From Candidatus Berkelbacteria bacterium RIFCSPLOWO2_01_FULL_50_28 (GTDB lineage: Bacteria; Patescibacteriota; UBA1384; 2-12-FULL-50-11), in the NCBI GenBank assembly GCA_001774395.1, contig MEZX01000002.1, positions 559,062 to 623,061 on the forward strand: 64,000 nucleotides of DNA, written 5' to 3'. Below are positions 37,291 through 46,400 of this stretch, piece after piece; position 1 is the first letter of the stretch; every line of letters begins with the position of its first letter. The translations under genes and the position numbers were made by a program. The notes beneath the pieces are model-generated. The model saw nothing but the letters and a program-made list of their open reading frames with translations. It had not been told where the DNA came from and made no database searches.

Positions 37291-37638
37291 CTATTTGGCC
37301 GCGTTGCGGCGCCAGTGCCCGCGTGACAGGTACTGTTCGAGTACGTGCCAGAGACGGCGCTGCGCCTTATGCGATACATACGGTCGAAATGTCTTGAGTT
37401 TTTTCATTCCACTCCCTCGATGCTTGCCTTCCCGATCAATGATCTTTTCGAGATTGCACTCTAGTATTCTACACCTTTTGGGGTGCAGAGCGGCAAACAC
37501 CCTCCATTTCGGGTGCGCCACGTTTGACGAGAATATGTTCTCCCGCCTCCCGAGGGCTTCCAGCCCTCCTTTAAGTCCGCAAAAGTTAAATGTGCAAATT
37601 AATTTTTTTGCGGACTTGAAGGAGGGCTCCTCACTCAC
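37291..37638 (-). CDS. Basic hypothetical protein (start uncertain, possibly a downstream GTG)
   Basis: TTGACG-17-TAGAAT at 37713-37685; hairpin at 37250-37277. Confidence 0.4.
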   Translation of the reverse strand: MSEEPSFKSAKKLICTFNFCGLKGGLEALGRRENIFSSNVAHPKWRVFAALHPKRCRILECNLEKIIDREGKHRGSGMKKLKTFRPYVSHKAQRRLWHVLEQYLSRGHWRRNAAK

Positions 37639-37760
37639 AAGTGTTGGCTGATGAGCAATATAGTAATTCTAATGTACGTGGGCGATTCTATCACACAACC
37701 CCTGTTGCGTCAAGGGAATTGACCTAAATTTTTCGCTCGACTTCGGTTATACTAACCGCA

Positions 37761-39401
37761 ATGGAAAAACCCAAGAATCTGCCGAGAGACCCTGGTGTTT
37801 ACTTATTCAAAGACGAGCACGAAAAAGTGCTTTACGTTGGCAAAGCCAAAAACCTGAAAAGTCGGGTTGGTAGTTACTTCAGTAAAGGTGACGACCCTTC
37901 GACTTCGCTCAGGGTAAATCGACCATGGATAGCGGTGATGATGGGGGTGATACAGGAAGTTGAGACAATCGTCGTTAACAACGAGATCGAAGCGCTTATC
38001 TTGGAAGCAACTCTTATCAACGAGCACCAGCCCAAATTCAATATAAAACTAATGGACGACAAAGCTTACCCGTTCATAAAGTTAACAACAAAAGAGCGGT
38101 TTCCAAGGCTACAGGTTGTCCGGCAACGAACGAAAGACGGCGCGCAGTACTTCGGCCCGTATCTTTCCTCTTGGTCGGCAAACTTAGCCTGCCAGTTCCT
38201 ACGGCGAGTGTACGGGGTACATTTGGCTAGTAAGCCACTGCCTACCGGCCAAGACCGGCCGTGTTTAAATTGCCAGCTCGAGGGTAATAGCTGTCCTATG
38301 GCTGATCAGATTTCACCAGAAGCATATGCTAAACAGGTTAATACTACCGTCGAATTTCTCGAGGGAAAACGGAAAAATATCATCCGAGATATCGAGCAGC
38401 GCATGCAGCAGGCTGCAGAAAATGAGAGCTTCGAACTTGCCGGTAAACTGCGCGATCAGCTAAAGGCTGTTTGGCACGTTACTTCGAGCCAAAAAGTTGT
38501 TGGTTCTACCCAAGAAAGTTTCGATGCGATCGGTACAGCCATTACCGGTAACAGATCCGTGGTAACTGTTGTACACGTGAGAAATGGCGAATTTATCGGT
38601 CAGAAGAATATTCCTTTTAGTTCGCTTCAACCAATTACGCAAGCTGAGCTAATTCGCCAGTGTTTAATCGAAATTTACAGATATCTCGTTGACATCCCCC
38701 CTTTAGTAGCGCTACCAGTAACCATTGAAGATCAAGGGTTAATTTCAACCTGGTTGAGCCAGCAGCAAGGATATCGAATTGAGCTGCGCGTTCCGGAGCG
38801 CGGAGAGAAAGTTGATTTTATTGCCCTGGCCAACAAAAATGCTCAGTCAAAGCTGGAGTCGATGCTACTGAAGACTGAAGGTACCGACTTTTCTTCACTT
38901 ATCGGGCTAAAAGAGCTGCTTTGCCTAGCTGAGCTGCCCGAACGCATTGAAGCGGTGGATATATCAAACCTCGGCACTAGCGAGCCGGTCGGCGCCACGG
39001 TTTGTTTTATTAACGGTCAGCCAGATAAAAACGAGTATCGTCGCTACAAGATCAAAACCGTTGAGGGTCAGAACGACTTTGCGATGATTCAAGAAGTTGT
39101 TACTCGCCGTTTCTCCGACACTTCTCGCCCGCTCCCAGATTTGTTTGTTGTAGATGGTGGGCCAGAGCAGCTACGTTATACCTTTGAAGGTATAAGACTA
39201 GCGGGCCGAAGTCCAAAAATGGTAATTGCGCTAGCGAAGAAGCCCGACAGAATATACTTGCCCGGAAGAAAAAAACCAATCACCGCTCCACGTGGCAGCA
39301 AGGGACTGCTAATGCTCGGGCGAATCCGTGACGAAGTTCACCGCTACGTCATCGGTTTTCACAGGCAACGCCAGCGAAAAAAATCTCTCGGAAAGCCTTG
39401 A
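37761..39401 (+). CDS. uvrC: Excinuclease ABC subunit C (no C-terminal HhH domain)
   Basis: PGVYLF..YVGKAKNL GIY-YIG domain, DISN, VDGG, RDEVHRY. Confidence 0.96.
   Translation: MEKPKNLPRDPGVYLFKDEHEKVLYVGKAKNLKSRVGSYFSKGDDPSTSLRVNRPWIAVMMGVIQEVETIVVNNEIEALILEATLINEHQPKFNIKLMDDKAYPFIKLTTKERFPRLQVVRQRTKDGAQYFGPYLSSWSANLACQFLRRVYGVHLASKPLPTGQDRPCLNCQLEGNSCPMADQISPEAYAKQVNTTVEFLEGKRKNIIRDIEQRMQQAAENESFELAGKLRDQLKAVWHVTSSQKVVGSTQESFDAIGTAITGNRSVVTVVHVRNGEFIGQKNIPFSSLQPITQAELIRQCLIEIYRYLVDIPPLVALPVTIEDQGLISTWLSQQQGYRIELRVPERGEKVDFIALANKNAQSKLESMLLKTEGTDFSSLIGLKELLCLAELPERIEAVDISNLGTSEPVGATVCFINGQPDKNEYRRYKIKTVEGQNDFAMIQEVVTRRFSDTSRPLPDLFVVDGGPEQLRYTFEGIRLAGRSPKMVIALAKKPDRIYLPGRKKPITAPRGSKGLLMLGRIRDEVHRYVIGFHRQRQRKKSLGKP
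37894..37915. repeat. In-frame palindromic insertion in uvrC
   Basis: ACCCTTCGACTTCGCTCAGGGT, read as PSTSLRV within the GIY-YIG domain. Confidence 0.85.
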
Positions 39402-39479
39402 CTGGCCTTCGCAATAGTAGTAATATCTTCTCACTTGGCCCTCGAGCCAAGACCCCAATGATGGGGAGGTGAACAACAA

Positions 39480-39617
39480 ATGGAGATTCGGAATCGCGGC
39501 TCGACCACCGTCACTAACATGGGTGGTAATTCCTTCAGCACGATCAACACGTTCCACGACGGCGCCATGATCCCGCTCGACGCGGGCAGCAGCGGGCACA
39601 ACGTGCCCGACGGCTAG
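39480..39617 (+). CDS. Putative 45-aa peptide
   Basis: TTGACT-17-TAATAT (39398-39426), GGAGGTGA SD; MEIRNRGSTTVTNMGGNSFSTINTFHDGAMIPLDAGSSGHNVPDG. Confidence 0.55.
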   Translation: MEIRNRGSTTVTNMGGNSFSTINTFHDGAMIPLDAGSSGHNVPDG

Positions 39618-39748
39618 GTCGCCGGCGCGAACAACTGGCTTTCGCAGCGACATCTAGCCGTGAGAATCGGCAGACGGCTGCGAAACCACTTCACGGAACA
39701 ATTGACCCGGCGGCAACTAACCTTGCACGCCGGCGCGACTCACTCGAA

Positions 39749-39786
39749 GCCCCTCTTGGCGAACCTGCCGAGCGGGGCCCTTTTTT
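39749..39786 (+). terminator. Rho-independent terminator
   Basis: GCCCC..TTGGC/GCCGAG..GGGGC plus T6. Confidence 0.65.
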
Positions 39787-39794
39787 ATTTCTTC

Positions 39795-39953
39795 CTATTT
39801 AACCCAACGGCCAAACCGGTTGCCGAAGGCCAGAATATTCAAACCAATTAGAATAAAGAAGATACCAACGAATATGCCAACCAAGTCGGGCTTGGCAATG
39901 ACCAATACTCCAAAGGCAACTGCGATGAGGCCAAACATTTGCATTGTGTTCAT
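39795..39953 (-). CDS. Small two-TM membrane protein (52 aa)
   Basis: FGLIAVAFGVLVIAKPDLVGIFVGIFFILIG; TACAAT 6 nt before ATG. Confidence 0.65.
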   Translation of the reverse strand: MNTMQMFGLIAVAFGVLVIAKPDLVGIFVGIFFILIGLNILAFGNRFGRWVK

Positions 39954-40110
39954 AGCGATATTGTAGCAGAAAGCCCCTTCGTAAATATCATATGGGCTTT
40001 TAGAATGCTCTGGATTAGAGAACAACGACTTGTCCGTGGGGGTTTCCGTGTTACAATTGCCTCGGCTTTGTTCTTTTCAGTCTCGTCCTTGACACAGGAG
40101 GTGTAAAGGC

Positions 40111-41175
40111 ATGAATAACGGTATCAGACCCGTCAAACTTTTCTCGACAACTGGCTCTTCGGAGTTCACCGACCGCGTGTTTATACAGCTGAAGAAGCGT
40201 TCCGCCAATGATGGAAAGGCGCTTTACGGCTGTAGCCGGGGTAGCTCGGCAGTCGACCGATTCTCGAACGACAACATGCAGATCACAGTTGACGACGTTC
40301 GCGGCTCGTTTGCAGTGATCATCGCCACGCAAACGCTGCCCGTCAGCGACACGATCATGGAGCTCCTACTCCTACTGCATGCTCTGAAGAACTCTCGCAC
40401 CGAGGATCTTCTGCTTGTTCTTCCCTACATGCCCTACTCCAGGTCGGACAAGAAGAATCAGCCGCGGATCTCGTCCGGCGGGGTACTAATACCGAGGATT
40501 TTAACCACGGTTCTGGGTGTGAAGAGAACCTTGTTGCTCGACCCCCACTCGCCGAACTCATTGCACTACTTCGAGCAAGGAGATTCGCCTTGCGCCGATG
40601 TGATCACGGCTGTGCCACTACTTGTCGACCACTTATCTCGAGCCGTGTTGGAGTGGGGCTGGGATCCGTCACTACTGACGGTTGTTTTCGCCGACAACGG
40701 CGCGGCAACTCGTTTCGGCAACGTTCCCAGGTTATTGGGGGCCGATCGTGCCTACATCGACAAAAGTCGTCCTGACCACTCCGAGAACCCGCTCACCAAG
40801 GCGATCGTCGGTGATGTTGATGGTCGCTACTGCATCATCTTCGACGACGAAGCTCTAACAGGTGGGACAGCGGCCAAGGACGCCGGGATCGTGGCTGCAA
40901 ACGGTGCCAAGGCAATCGCGATGGCGGCGATCCACGCGCCGCTCGAACATAAGAATGGTCCAGAAGCGGCGGTTCAGCTACTTCTAGATTCCCCGATTGG
41001 GCAATTCGTCTTCACCGATACCGTGCCTTGCCAGCATAAGGTTGCCGGGCACAGTGACCGTTTCACCGTTCTTTCAGTAGCACCGCTGCTGGCGGAGGCG
41101 ATCAGCCGGATCGTTACGGGCGAGTCACTCACTGCGCTCTACCAGATGGATATGGTAGACAAATACCGGAGTTGA
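40111..41175 (+). CDS. prs: Ribose-phosphate pyrophosphokinase (divergent)
   Basis: RFSND, MELLLL, LPYMPYSRSDKK, LDPHS, IIFDDEALTGGT; AGGAGGT SD. Confidence 0.88.
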   Translation: MNNGIRPVKLFSTTGSSEFTDRVFIQLKKRSANDGKALYGCSRGSSAVDRFSNDNMQITVDDVRGSFAVIIATQTLPVSDTIMELLLLLHALKNSRTEDLLLVLPYMPYSRSDKKNQPRISSGGVLIPRILTTVLGVKRTLLLDPHSPNSLHYFEQGDSPCADVITAVPLLVDHLSRAVLEWGWDPSLLTVVFADNGAATRFGNVPRLLGADRAYIDKSRPDHSENPLTKAIVGDVDGRYCIIFDDEALTGGTAAKDAGIVAANGAKAIAMAAIHAPLEHKNGPEAAVQLLLDSPIGQFVFTDTVPCQHKVAGHSDRFTVLSVAPLLAEAISRIVTGESLTALYQMDMVDKYRS

Positions 41176-41193
41176 AAACTCCAATTCCTGCTC

Positions 41194-41215
41194 CTGCGGG
41201 CCGCAAGGCCCGCAG
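41194..41215. terminator. Hairpin between convergent prs and nfo
   Basis: CTGCGGGCC-GCAA-GGCCCGCAG perfect stem. Confidence 0.7.
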
Positions 41216-41217
41216 AA

Positions 41218-42048
41218 CTATTTTCGTAAGGACTTCAAAACCTCAATATTCTGCTTATCGGGTCCGGTGTTCTCAAACCCAGGGACTTCTAGATAGCCTG
41301 CAGTATCTCCCCAGCGTTCGTCGTTAAGGATATATCCAAATGACTCTTTACCCAAGAATCCTTCGCCGATGTTTTCGTGGCGGTCACGTTTAGCGCCAAG
41401 ATCAAACTTTGAATCGTTGAAATGCCAGCAGAAAACTTTATCGAGTCCGATTAGGCGGTCAACATCTTTGACATATGCAACGTAGCCGTCCTTTGTTTTT
41501 ATGTCGTAACCCGCTGCAAAGGCGTGACAAGTGTCTAGGCAAACTGCAACGCGGTTTTTGTCGCTTGATACGTCAATCAGCCATGCCAGATCTTCTAGCT
41601 TGCCGCCCATCGTTGAGCCGGCCGAGTTCTCGTAGACCAACATCGTATTTTCCGGCGTGCCGGCGAGAACTTCCGTAATTGTGTCCTGGATTTGTTTTTT
41701 GTGCAGGATTTCGCCGTTGTTGTAGTTCCCCGGATGGAAAATTGTCCCAACCACCCCGATCTTGGCTGCTAAAGTCAGGGTTTCAATTAGAGCCTGTTTT
41801 GTTTTGGCCAAGTTCTCTGGACTATCAGCTGCCAAGTTTGTTAGGTATATGCCATGAAAGATAACTTGCTTGAAGTTTTTCGGCCACTCATTTTTGAACC
41901 ACGCGCAGTCATCATCGCTCCAGCCGCGGATTTTCCATTGCAGAGGTGCCGACGGAAAAATCTGCAACGCTTCCGCGTCGATCTCTAGCCCTTTGCTGAT
42001 CGCGTTTTTCAATCCACCAGCGGTAGAAACATGAGCACCAATAAACAT
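41218..42048 (-). CDS. nfo: Endonuclease IV
   Basis: IGAHVS, HPG, ENSAG, CLDTCHAF, HFNDSK, DRHENIG. Confidence 0.95.
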   Translation of the reverse strand: MFIGAHVSTAGGLKNAISKGLEIDAEALQIFPSAPLQWKIRGWSDDDCAWFKNEWPKNFKQVIFHGIYLTNLAADSPENLAKTKQALIETLTLAAKIGVVGTIFHPGNYNNGEILHKKQIQDTITEVLAGTPENTMLVYENSAGSTMGGKLEDLAWLIDVSSDKNRVAVCLDTCHAFAAGYDIKTKDGYVAYVKDVDRLIGLDKVFCWHFNDSKFDLGAKRDRHENIGEGFLGKESFGYILNDERWGDTAGYLEVPGFENTGPDKQNIEVLKSLRK

Positions 42049-42148
42049 AGATGAATCTTAACTGAAAGACCTTAAGGCTTCCAGCTCTTGATTGAAGATT
42101 GGATTATCCCTATAATTGTCGGGTAATCCAGCACGAGGAGGCTTGGAA

Positions 42149-42715
42149 ATGATCATTAGTATTGACTCGTCGAAAGCAGACGACCATGTTTCATCACTTG
42201 GCAACAGCCTCTCGATCAAGTTCCGCAATGAGGGCTACCTAGCCGAAGTTCTTGCTGACCCCACTGGGTCGGACAACACTAAGTCGGGACTCCCATCGAC
42301 GATCGAATCGCTTCGCAGAAAATCCGGAATGGATCCGGTTACTTCGTACTTGCTGCTCCTGGCCGCTCGCAGCTCGATGCTTGACCACATCGAAGGAGTC
42401 AGGCAAGAGAAAGTCATTATCTTGCTCGGCGGTCCGCTGAAATGGCGGCAAGATGAGGACGACATTCTCGACGCTCTTGGTGACAGTAAACGCCAAATCG
42501 GATGGTTGTTTAGAGCTTGGAACGACCTTGCTCAGCCGGTCTGGCCCGACCTGTGCGTGCACCTAATCTCGTCTAACAGAGATAGGTATGTCAACTTCAA
42601 TACGATCTGCCGCCCCGCAACCATCCTGGAATGCGGAACAGACGATCTCGAAGACTTGATGGTTCGGGTGTTCAAGTGGGTGCTAGAAGAGCAACACCAA
42701 CCCGCCAGGACTTAG
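42149..42715 (+). CDS. Degenerate thymidylate kinase-like protein
   Basis: Tmk-like order of elements (MIISID...EGY..EVLADP.G...MDPVTSYLLLLAARS...PDLCVHL), but no GxxGxGK P-loop or DR motif; TTGATT-17-TATAAT and GGAGG upstream. Confidence 0.55.
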   Translation: MIISIDSSKADDHVSSLGNSLSIKFRNEGYLAEVLADPTGSDNTKSGLPSTIESLRRKSGMDPVTSYLLLLAARSSMLDHIEGVRQEKVIILLGGPLKWRQDEDDILDALGDSKRQIGWLFRAWNDLAQPVWPDLCVHLISSNRDRYVNFNTICRPATILECGTDDLEDLMVRVFKWVLEEQHQPART

Positions 42716-42765
42716 GTCGCCAGAGCAATTCTTGAACCGCCGCTGGTTACTCAGCGGTGGTTTAT

Positions 42766-43350
42766 TTATACCCCTAACTCGACGAAATGTTTTTCAATTA
42801 CCGACCAGTCGAGATTCTCAAAAAATTTATCAATGTAATCTCGGCGCATAATTCCAAAATCTATAAAGTAGGCGTGTTCGTAGACATCCAGCGCCACCAG
42901 CGGCGTGCAGTTCCAGACTGGATAGGTGTTTTGGGTATCGCCAATGAAGTTGAATAACCTCTCCATTTTCCAATCCCAAGCTAACCAGGCCCAACCGCGA
43001 CCGCCCATGCCCGTGGCTTTCAGATCTTTCTGCCAAGCTTCGAAACTACCGAAATCTTTTTCGATTTGCGCCAGCAGTTTGCCAGATGGTTTACCACCTT
43101 CACCCCCGAGATGTTCAAAATAGATCTCGTGGTTTTTAATACCGTTCAGCGCAAAAGACAGCTCGACTTTGAGTGCCCTGACATCGCTGAAGGTTGGGTT
43201 GGCAGATTCCAAATCAACTTTCTGCAACTTTTCATCAATCTCGTTGAACTTTTTAACATAGCTTTCGTAGAGCTTGTAGTGCTCGGTCATCGTCCGCTCA
43301 CTTATGCCGTTCAATTCTTTAATACTTTCGAATTTCTTTGCTTCGTACAT
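42766..43350 (-). CDS. sod: Fe/Mn superoxide dismutase family protein
   Basis: EHYKLY, NHEIYF, LDVYEHAY. Confidence 0.9.
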   Translation of the reverse strand: MYEAKKFESIKELNGISERTMTEHYKLYESYVKKFNEIDEKLQKVDLESANPTFSDVRALKVELSFALNGIKNHEIYFEHLGGEGGKPSGKLLAQIEKDFGSFEAWQKDLKATGMGGRGWAWLAWDWKMERLFNFIGDTQNTYPVWNCTPLVALDVYEHAYFIDFGIMRRDYIDKFFENLDWSVIEKHFVELGV

Positions 43351-43435
43351 TTACCTCCTTAATATTGACTATTTACTAGCTTAGCATTAAACTGCCATTA
43401 AATTGCTCTTTCTACCGAACGAGCGGGAGGATCGC

Positions 43436-43702
43436 TTGAATAATGACACACCGCGTGGCGACACGGAAAACGGTTGGAACCCGGTTGTTGCCCAAGGCCC
43501 GGGTGAGCCAACCTTGCCGATAGGGATTGGTTCGATGATCGATCTACCCAAAACCATCGCCGAGATCTACGACGACGAGGACCGACCCAATGACACATCG
43601 TCGAACGATCCAAGCGGCTGGCAGATGGCCACTGTACTCGTCGCAATGGCCGTACTTCTCTGGCTGGCCAACCTCAATGGTTGTGCGTTTACGTCCGGAT
43701 AG
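43436..43702 (+). CDS. Acidic tail-anchored hypothetical protein (88 aa)
   Basis: TTGACT-17-TAAACT, GGGAGG before TTG 43436; C-terminal TM segment. Confidence 0.55.
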   Translation: MNNDTPRGDTENGWNPVVAQGPGEPTLPIGIGSMIDLPKTIAEIYDDEDRPNDTSSNDPSGWQMATVLVAMAVLLWLANLNGCAFTSG

Positions 43703-43733
43703 GTTACCGCGACCCACACTCCAAAGCTTCCCG

Positions 43734-44864
43734 TCAAACGGAAGCTCGCTTTTTTAGCCGAGCAACTTCTGAGGTAATAAAACGGCAGTCAGCCGCTGTT
43801 GTGGCCCGGCCAAGAGAAATCCTTACGGTGCGATTCATCTCCTCAGCAGACAGACCGATACTAGTTAAAACATGGGAGTCATTGAGCGATTTTGAGCTGC
43901 AGGCCGAACCAGCAGATACAGCCACACCTGCGCGATCCAGCCAAGCGACGAGATTAGTTTCCGTGGTTGGTATAATTGCCGACAGATGGTTAGGCAGCCG
44001 TAGCCCATGCAATACGTTTATGCGACAGCCGATTTCGCTTAATTTTGCTTGTAAACTATCGCGTAGCTGCCCAATTTGCTTGCAATCCTCGGATCTGCGC
44101 TTGGCAGTCATCTCGCAAGCTTTGGCTAGCCCAATAATTCCAGGGACGTTCTCCGTACCGCTACGCAGAGATTGCTGCTGACCACCGCCGTATAAAATTG
44201 GAAAGATGTTGACCCCTTTGCGCACATACAAAACGGCGATGCCCTTTGGCCCGTACATTTTTGAGCCGTTGAAGGATAGTAAATCAACGCCGAGTTTTTC
44301 GACATCTAGATCCAAAAATGCCGCCGCCTGGCAAGCGTCGGTGTGGAAATACGCACCGTGTTTTTTGGTGATTTTGGAGAGCTCGGCGATATTTTGAATG
44401 ACGCCGATTTCTGAATTAGCTAAATGAATCGAGACTAGGACAGTCTCTTTCGTCAGCGCTTTTTTGAGTTCGTCGACTTCAACCAAACCGTCCTTGGTCA
44501 CCGGCAGATAGGTCATTTCCCAGCCGTCTTTGGCCAGCGCTCGACAGGCGTTTAAGACGCTGGGGTGTTCGATAGAGGAGGTAATTATATGTTGACCACT
44601 ATTTTTGTTGGCCTTGGCCACGCCGATGATGGCTAGATTATTACTTTCCGTCCCACCGCTAGTGAAAATTATTTCCTCCGGCTTGGAGTTTAGGAATTTA
44701 GCAATCGTTTGCGTCGATGTGATTATCGCATTATCAGCCGCGCGCCCAAAACTATGAACGCTCGATGCATTACCAAAAATTTCCGTCTGATACGGATCCA
44801 TCGCATGTACAACGCGAGGATCAGTCGGAGTAGCGGCAGCATAGTCAGCATAAACTCGTTTCAT
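43734..44864 (-). CDS. iscS: Cysteine desulfurase (IscS/NifS family)
   Basis: FTSGGTESNN, HTDACQ, KMYGPKG, RSGTEN, SAGSACSS. Confidence 0.92.
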   Translation of the reverse strand: MKRVYADYAAATPTDPRVVHAMDPYQTEIFGNASSVHSFGRAADNAIITSTQTIAKFLNSKPEEIIFTSGGTESNNLAIIGVAKANKNSGQHIITSSIEHPSVLNACRALAKDGWEMTYLPVTKDGLVEVDELKKALTKETVLVSIHLANSEIGVIQNIAELSKITKKHGAYFHTDACQAAAFLDLDVEKLGVDLLSFNGSKMYGPKGIAVLYVRKGVNIFPILYGGGQQQSLRSGTENVPGIIGLAKACEMTAKRRSEDCKQIGQLRDSLQAKLSEIGCRINVLHGLRLPNHLSAIIPTTETNLVAWLDRAGVAVSAGSACSSKSLNDSHVLTSIGLSAEEMNRTVRISLGRATTAADCRFITSEVARLKKRASV

Positions 44865-44978
44865 ATATGGGCAAATTCTACCAGAGAAATCGTTACAGAT
44901 ATAGCCACAGGTGCTTGACGTTCGTCGTAAGAATCATATAATTACCGTTATCCACCAAGAAAGAGCAGGAGAATTACC

Positions 44979-45650
44979 GTGTCTATTTCGAACCCGGCGC
45001 CTAGCGCCACTAAGTACCTTTCAGTTGATGGCAATGTGGCTAATCTCATCCGCGAGCGGGGATACGTGATTAGCGGGGGTCATTTCGATATCGGGGGTGG
45101 CTTCCACAGCGAAAGCTGGGTCTACAAAGACCCAATGCTCGCTGACCCGCAAGTGCTTAAGGAACTCTGCCGGCCCATGGCATTTAAGCTCAGGAGCATG
45201 GAGTTTGAGCATGAAATGGAGAGAATTGACGCATTTGCCGGACGAGCCAATGGAGGCCTGGTTATCGCCTCCCAGTTGAGCGTGCACGCCAGAACGAGGA
45301 CGGAGTGTTACTTCGCCGAGGAAACCCACCTCGGGCTCAAGTTTCGGCCGAGCTTCTCGGAGGCTCTCAAGGGAAAACGCGTGGTCGTCGCGGGTGTGGT
45401 CATCACTACCGGACGAACGATCAGGGAAGTGGCTGACGAAGTCCGAAGACAAGGCGGCGAGGTTGTTGGAGCGGTGGCTTGGTTCAGACGGACGTTGACC
45501 GGCCCAGGCGACCTTGGTAACGTTCCGTTCGTCCTAACGCTGAACCGCGACTGTCTGCAGACCTGGGCCGAACAGACTTGCCCACTTTGTGAGCAAGGCA
45601 CGCCGCTCAGCAATGAGCACGGCATCCACCTACCAGACAGGTTCTGCTGA
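44979..45650 (+). CDS. Orotate phosphoribosyltransferase-like protein with an altered PRPP loop
   Basis: GHF..GG.HS..W..K, C-terminal CPLC; PRPP motif reads VVVAGVVITTG instead of VVVEDVxTTG. Confidence 0.7.
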   Translation: MSISNPAPSATKYLSVDGNVANLIRERGYVISGGHFDIGGGFHSESWVYKDPMLADPQVLKELCRPMAFKLRSMEFEHEMERIDAFAGRANGGLVIASQLSVHARTRTECYFAEETHLGLKFRPSFSEALKGKRVVVAGVVITTGRTIREVADEVRRQGGEVVGAVAWFRRTLTGPGDLGNVPFVLTLNRDCLQTWAEQTCPLCEQGTPLSNEHGIHLPDRFC

Positions 45651-45704
45651 TCCCAGAACCAGTAGTCCCAAGCCCCTCCCACCCAGGAGGGGAATTAATT
45701 ACCC

Positions 45705-46400
45705 CTAAACACTTTCCGTAGACAGAACGGCGACCTCGGTTTTTCCGCGAAGTGTATTCTGAAAACGGTTGGCCTCGGCCACTGAGCCCAGAATTTTACC
45801 GTAATGCATCGGAATAGTTAGATCGGCCTCAATCATCTCAGCCGCCTTAATCGCCTCTTCTAGCGTCATCACAAACGTTCCGGAGATCGGCAGAAAAGCG
45901 ACATCAATTTTTTTGACTGACTCCATCTCCGGAATCATATCGGTGTCGCCGGCATGGTAAAAGCGCACATTTTTCGAGCCATCAACGGGAATCTCCACCA
46001 CAAATCCTACGCCGCCCAATTCTTTGGGATGAAACACTTCGGTTGGGGTGCGAAATTTATCGATGTTGTAGGCGGGAATCGCCCAGTAAGTTACCTTGTC
46101 GTCTTTTATCTTTTCCTCACCTGCATAAGTTACCCACTGACTGCCGAATTCCTTCAGCTCTTCTTCGCAACAAGCTGGGGCAACGATTTTGGTTTTAGGG
46201 CCGAGAAGTTTACGAATCGAAGATGCGTCACAGTGATCGAAGTGGGAGTGCGAAACGAAGATGTAATCTACTGGAGCAACTTCGCCCTTCACGTCATACG
46301 GGTCAAAGGCGAAACTAATGTTCTGTTCCTCGTTCTCAACCAAAAAACCGTCGTGACAGAGTGCGGTAATCTTAAAATTTTTGTAGTTCGTTTCGCGCAT
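45705..46400 (-). CDS. MBL-fold metallo-hydrolase
   Basis: SHSHFDH, YHAGDT, IPMHYG. Confidence 0.9.
   Translation of the reverse strand: MRETNYKNFKITALCHDGFLVENEEQNISFAFDPYDVKGEVAPVDYIFVSHSHFDHCDASSIRKLLGPKTKIVAPACCEEELKEFGSQWVTYAGEEKIKDDKVTYWAIPAYNIDKFRTPTEVFHPKELGGVGFVVEIPVDGSKNVRFYHAGDTDMIPEMESVKKIDVAFLPISGTFVMTLEEAIKAAEMIEADLTIPMHYGKILGSVAEANRFQNTLRGKTEVAVLSTESV

Noticed and set aside
39618-39739. Retron msr-msd or DGR template
   Set aside because: No reverse transcriptase or TR/VR pair in the window.
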